Shown in pieces: positions 61,975-64,000 of a stretch of DNA of 64,000 bases. Numbering within the stretch: position 1 is the stretch's first letter; each line of letters opens with the position of its first letter. Under the pieces are notes generated by a model. That model searched no databases. It saw nothing but the letters and a program-made list of their open reading frames with translations, and was not told the DNA's origin. A program made the translations under genes and the position numbers. Location of the stretch: NCBI RefSeq assembly GCF_009914755.1, contig NC_060934.1; one strand, 5' to 3'. The stretch comes from the human T2T-CHM13v2.0 reference genome, Homo sapiens.

Positions 61975-62910
61975 TAGGAGCGCTCACATTTTGCTGGTTG
62001 GAATGCAAAAAAGTGGCACAGGTACTTTGGGAAACAGCCTAGCAGGTGTTTCTTCTTTTTTTCATCAAGTTAAACTTACCTTATGAACCAGCAACTCCAC
62101 ACCCTATGTATTTACTCAAGAAAAAGTGAAAACTTATGTTTCCATAAAAATCTGCTCATAAATGGAACTGGTGTTTTATTCATAATCACTAAAATATGGA
62201 AACAATCTCAAAGTCCTTTGGTGAGTGAATAAGCAAACTCTACAACAATACAATAGAACACAACTCAGCAACAAAAAGGAACTGCTATTGACACACAACA
62301 ATGTGGATCAGCTTAAGAGAAGCCAGACTCAAAAGACATCCTGTGTGACTCCATTTGCATAACATTCTGGAAAAGGCAAAACTGTAGGGATAGAAAACAG
62401 CAGTCGTTGCCAGAATTTGGGGGCTGAGTGTGGGAACTGATGACACGGGGCAACAAGGAACTTTTTCAGGATGATGGATATTTACATCTTGATTATGTCG
62501 GTGGCTACACAATGGTATGGTCTTCTCAAAACACACCTGGGCCAGGTGTAGTGGCTCACACCTGTAATCTCAACACTTTGGGAGGTTGAGAGGGAAGGAT
62601 CATTTGAGATCAGGAGTTCAAGACAAGCCTGGGAAACATAGCAAGACCATGTCTCTACAAAGAATAAAAATAAGCCAGGTGTGGTGGTGCAGTGTGCGCC
62701 TACTGTCCTAGCTACTCAGGAGGCTGAGGCAGGAGGACTGCTTGAGCCCAGGACTTTAAAGATGCAGGGAACCATGCCTGTGCCACTGTACTGTAGCTTG
62801 GGTGACACAGCAAGACCCTGTCTCTCAAAAAAAAAAAAAATAAGCTGTACACTAAAAAGAGGCAACGTTATTATATATGAGTTATATACCAATAAATCTG
62901 ACTTTCTAAA
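61975..62910 (+). mobile_element. Old L1M 3' fragment interrupted by an Alu
   Basis: CTCACATTTTGCTGGTTGGAATGCAAAA, AACATTCTGGAAAAGGCAAAACT. Confidence 0.75.
62540..62840 (+). mobile_element. AluJ
   Basis: Alu dimer. Confidence 0.88.
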
Positions 62911-63054
62911 AGCAGCTCAGAGAAATGATGCCAATAAAATTATCTCATGGAATAGGGCTATTGTCATCTTCTACAAGGTTCTACAAACCATGTGTCTAAC
63001 TTCCTTTACTAACTCCCAGGTCCAATTTATTCTCACCCTATATTTACAGGACGA

Positions 63055-63164
63055 CTATTAATAGCTTATTTTTAGAGAATAAAGCTCCCTTAGCCATATA
63101 AAATTTCTTAAAGCTACCTCTGAGTGTTTAGATAATAATGGGAACTCTCTTGTATTAAAAATAG
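63055..63164. promoter_or_regulatory. Cluster of three MEF2-consensus sites
   Basis: CTATTAATAG 63055, TTATTTTTAG 63066, TTAAAAATAG 63155; all fit YTA(A/T)4TAR. Confidence 0.35.
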
Positions 63165-63169
63165 AGGAG

Positions 63170-63224
63170 CACTGTACTGTAGCCTGGGCACCAGAGTGAG
63201 ACCCTGTCTCAAAAAAAGAAAAAA
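63170..63224 (+). mobile_element. Extremely 5'-truncated Alu (last ~40 nt plus tail)
   Basis: TSD AAAAATAGAGGA/AAAAACAGAGGA. Confidence 0.8.
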
Positions 63225-63443
63225 CAGAGGAATATGGGGCTTTTTCTCCTCATGCTAAGTATGCACCTGCTCATCACCAAGGAAAGAAGGCAGAAAGGAT
63301 CCAGTAGCTGTCTGTCTACACAGATGAGGCCTACAAAACCACTAACTCACTGAAATACTCAGCTACTGCAATCCAAATGTTTAATTATGTTGAAAGTAAG
63401 CCAAGGTTACTGCTAAAATCTTCAGGCAAGAAGTAAAATCTAA

Positions 63444-63753
<310 letters not shown>

Positions 63754-64000
63754 TAAATCTTGACCGTCAAATGGCAAACCTTTAGTGGAGCAGAAAGATT
63801 TTTTCAAATTACTGTACTATTGAAAAAACATAACTGCACTATGATTCAGCCTACACACCCAGACCAAAAACAATGTGAAGGATTCCAGTTTTTTTCTAGA
63901 GTCAATACTCCTGGTTGCCCATGTGTGCTGAGTACTGTTCTAGGCACTATAGGTACAATGATAAACCAATGTCCCTGTCTCTATGGAGCTCACATTCTTT

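Overview
Primate (human-like) genomic DNA, very rich in Alu (about 50 copies or fragments), L1, L2, MIR, LTR and DNA-transposon remnants. There is no CpG island and no conventional multi-codon protein-coding exon. Two minus-strand exons (29505-~30020 and 52939-53038) match my recollection of the alternative 5' leader exons of SVIL (supervillin; muscle archvillin leader and non-muscle leader), so the window is best read as the 5'-UTR introns of SVIL. That gene call is from memory, not a database search. The most interesting signal is translational. Relative to the recalled SVIL reading frame, the non-muscle exon puts a TAA right at its splice junction. The muscle exon leaves 43 codons open and carries a uORF cluster behind a CArG/TATA-like promoter. 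A third candidate exon at ~43.1 kb supplies in-frame ATGs (MPVRCGDPGDMKGEEQKT). Also present: a candidate UG-repeat cryptic exon (44616-44657), CArG/E-box, MEF2 and AP-1/TEAD/RUNX motif clusters, a near-consensus AluY, a trimeric Alu, three local non-repeat duplications and several templated-insertion scars. Nearly all ORFs in the supplied track are repeat-derived or chance. Repeat subfamily names are by eye and boundaries are approximate unless a TSD is given.
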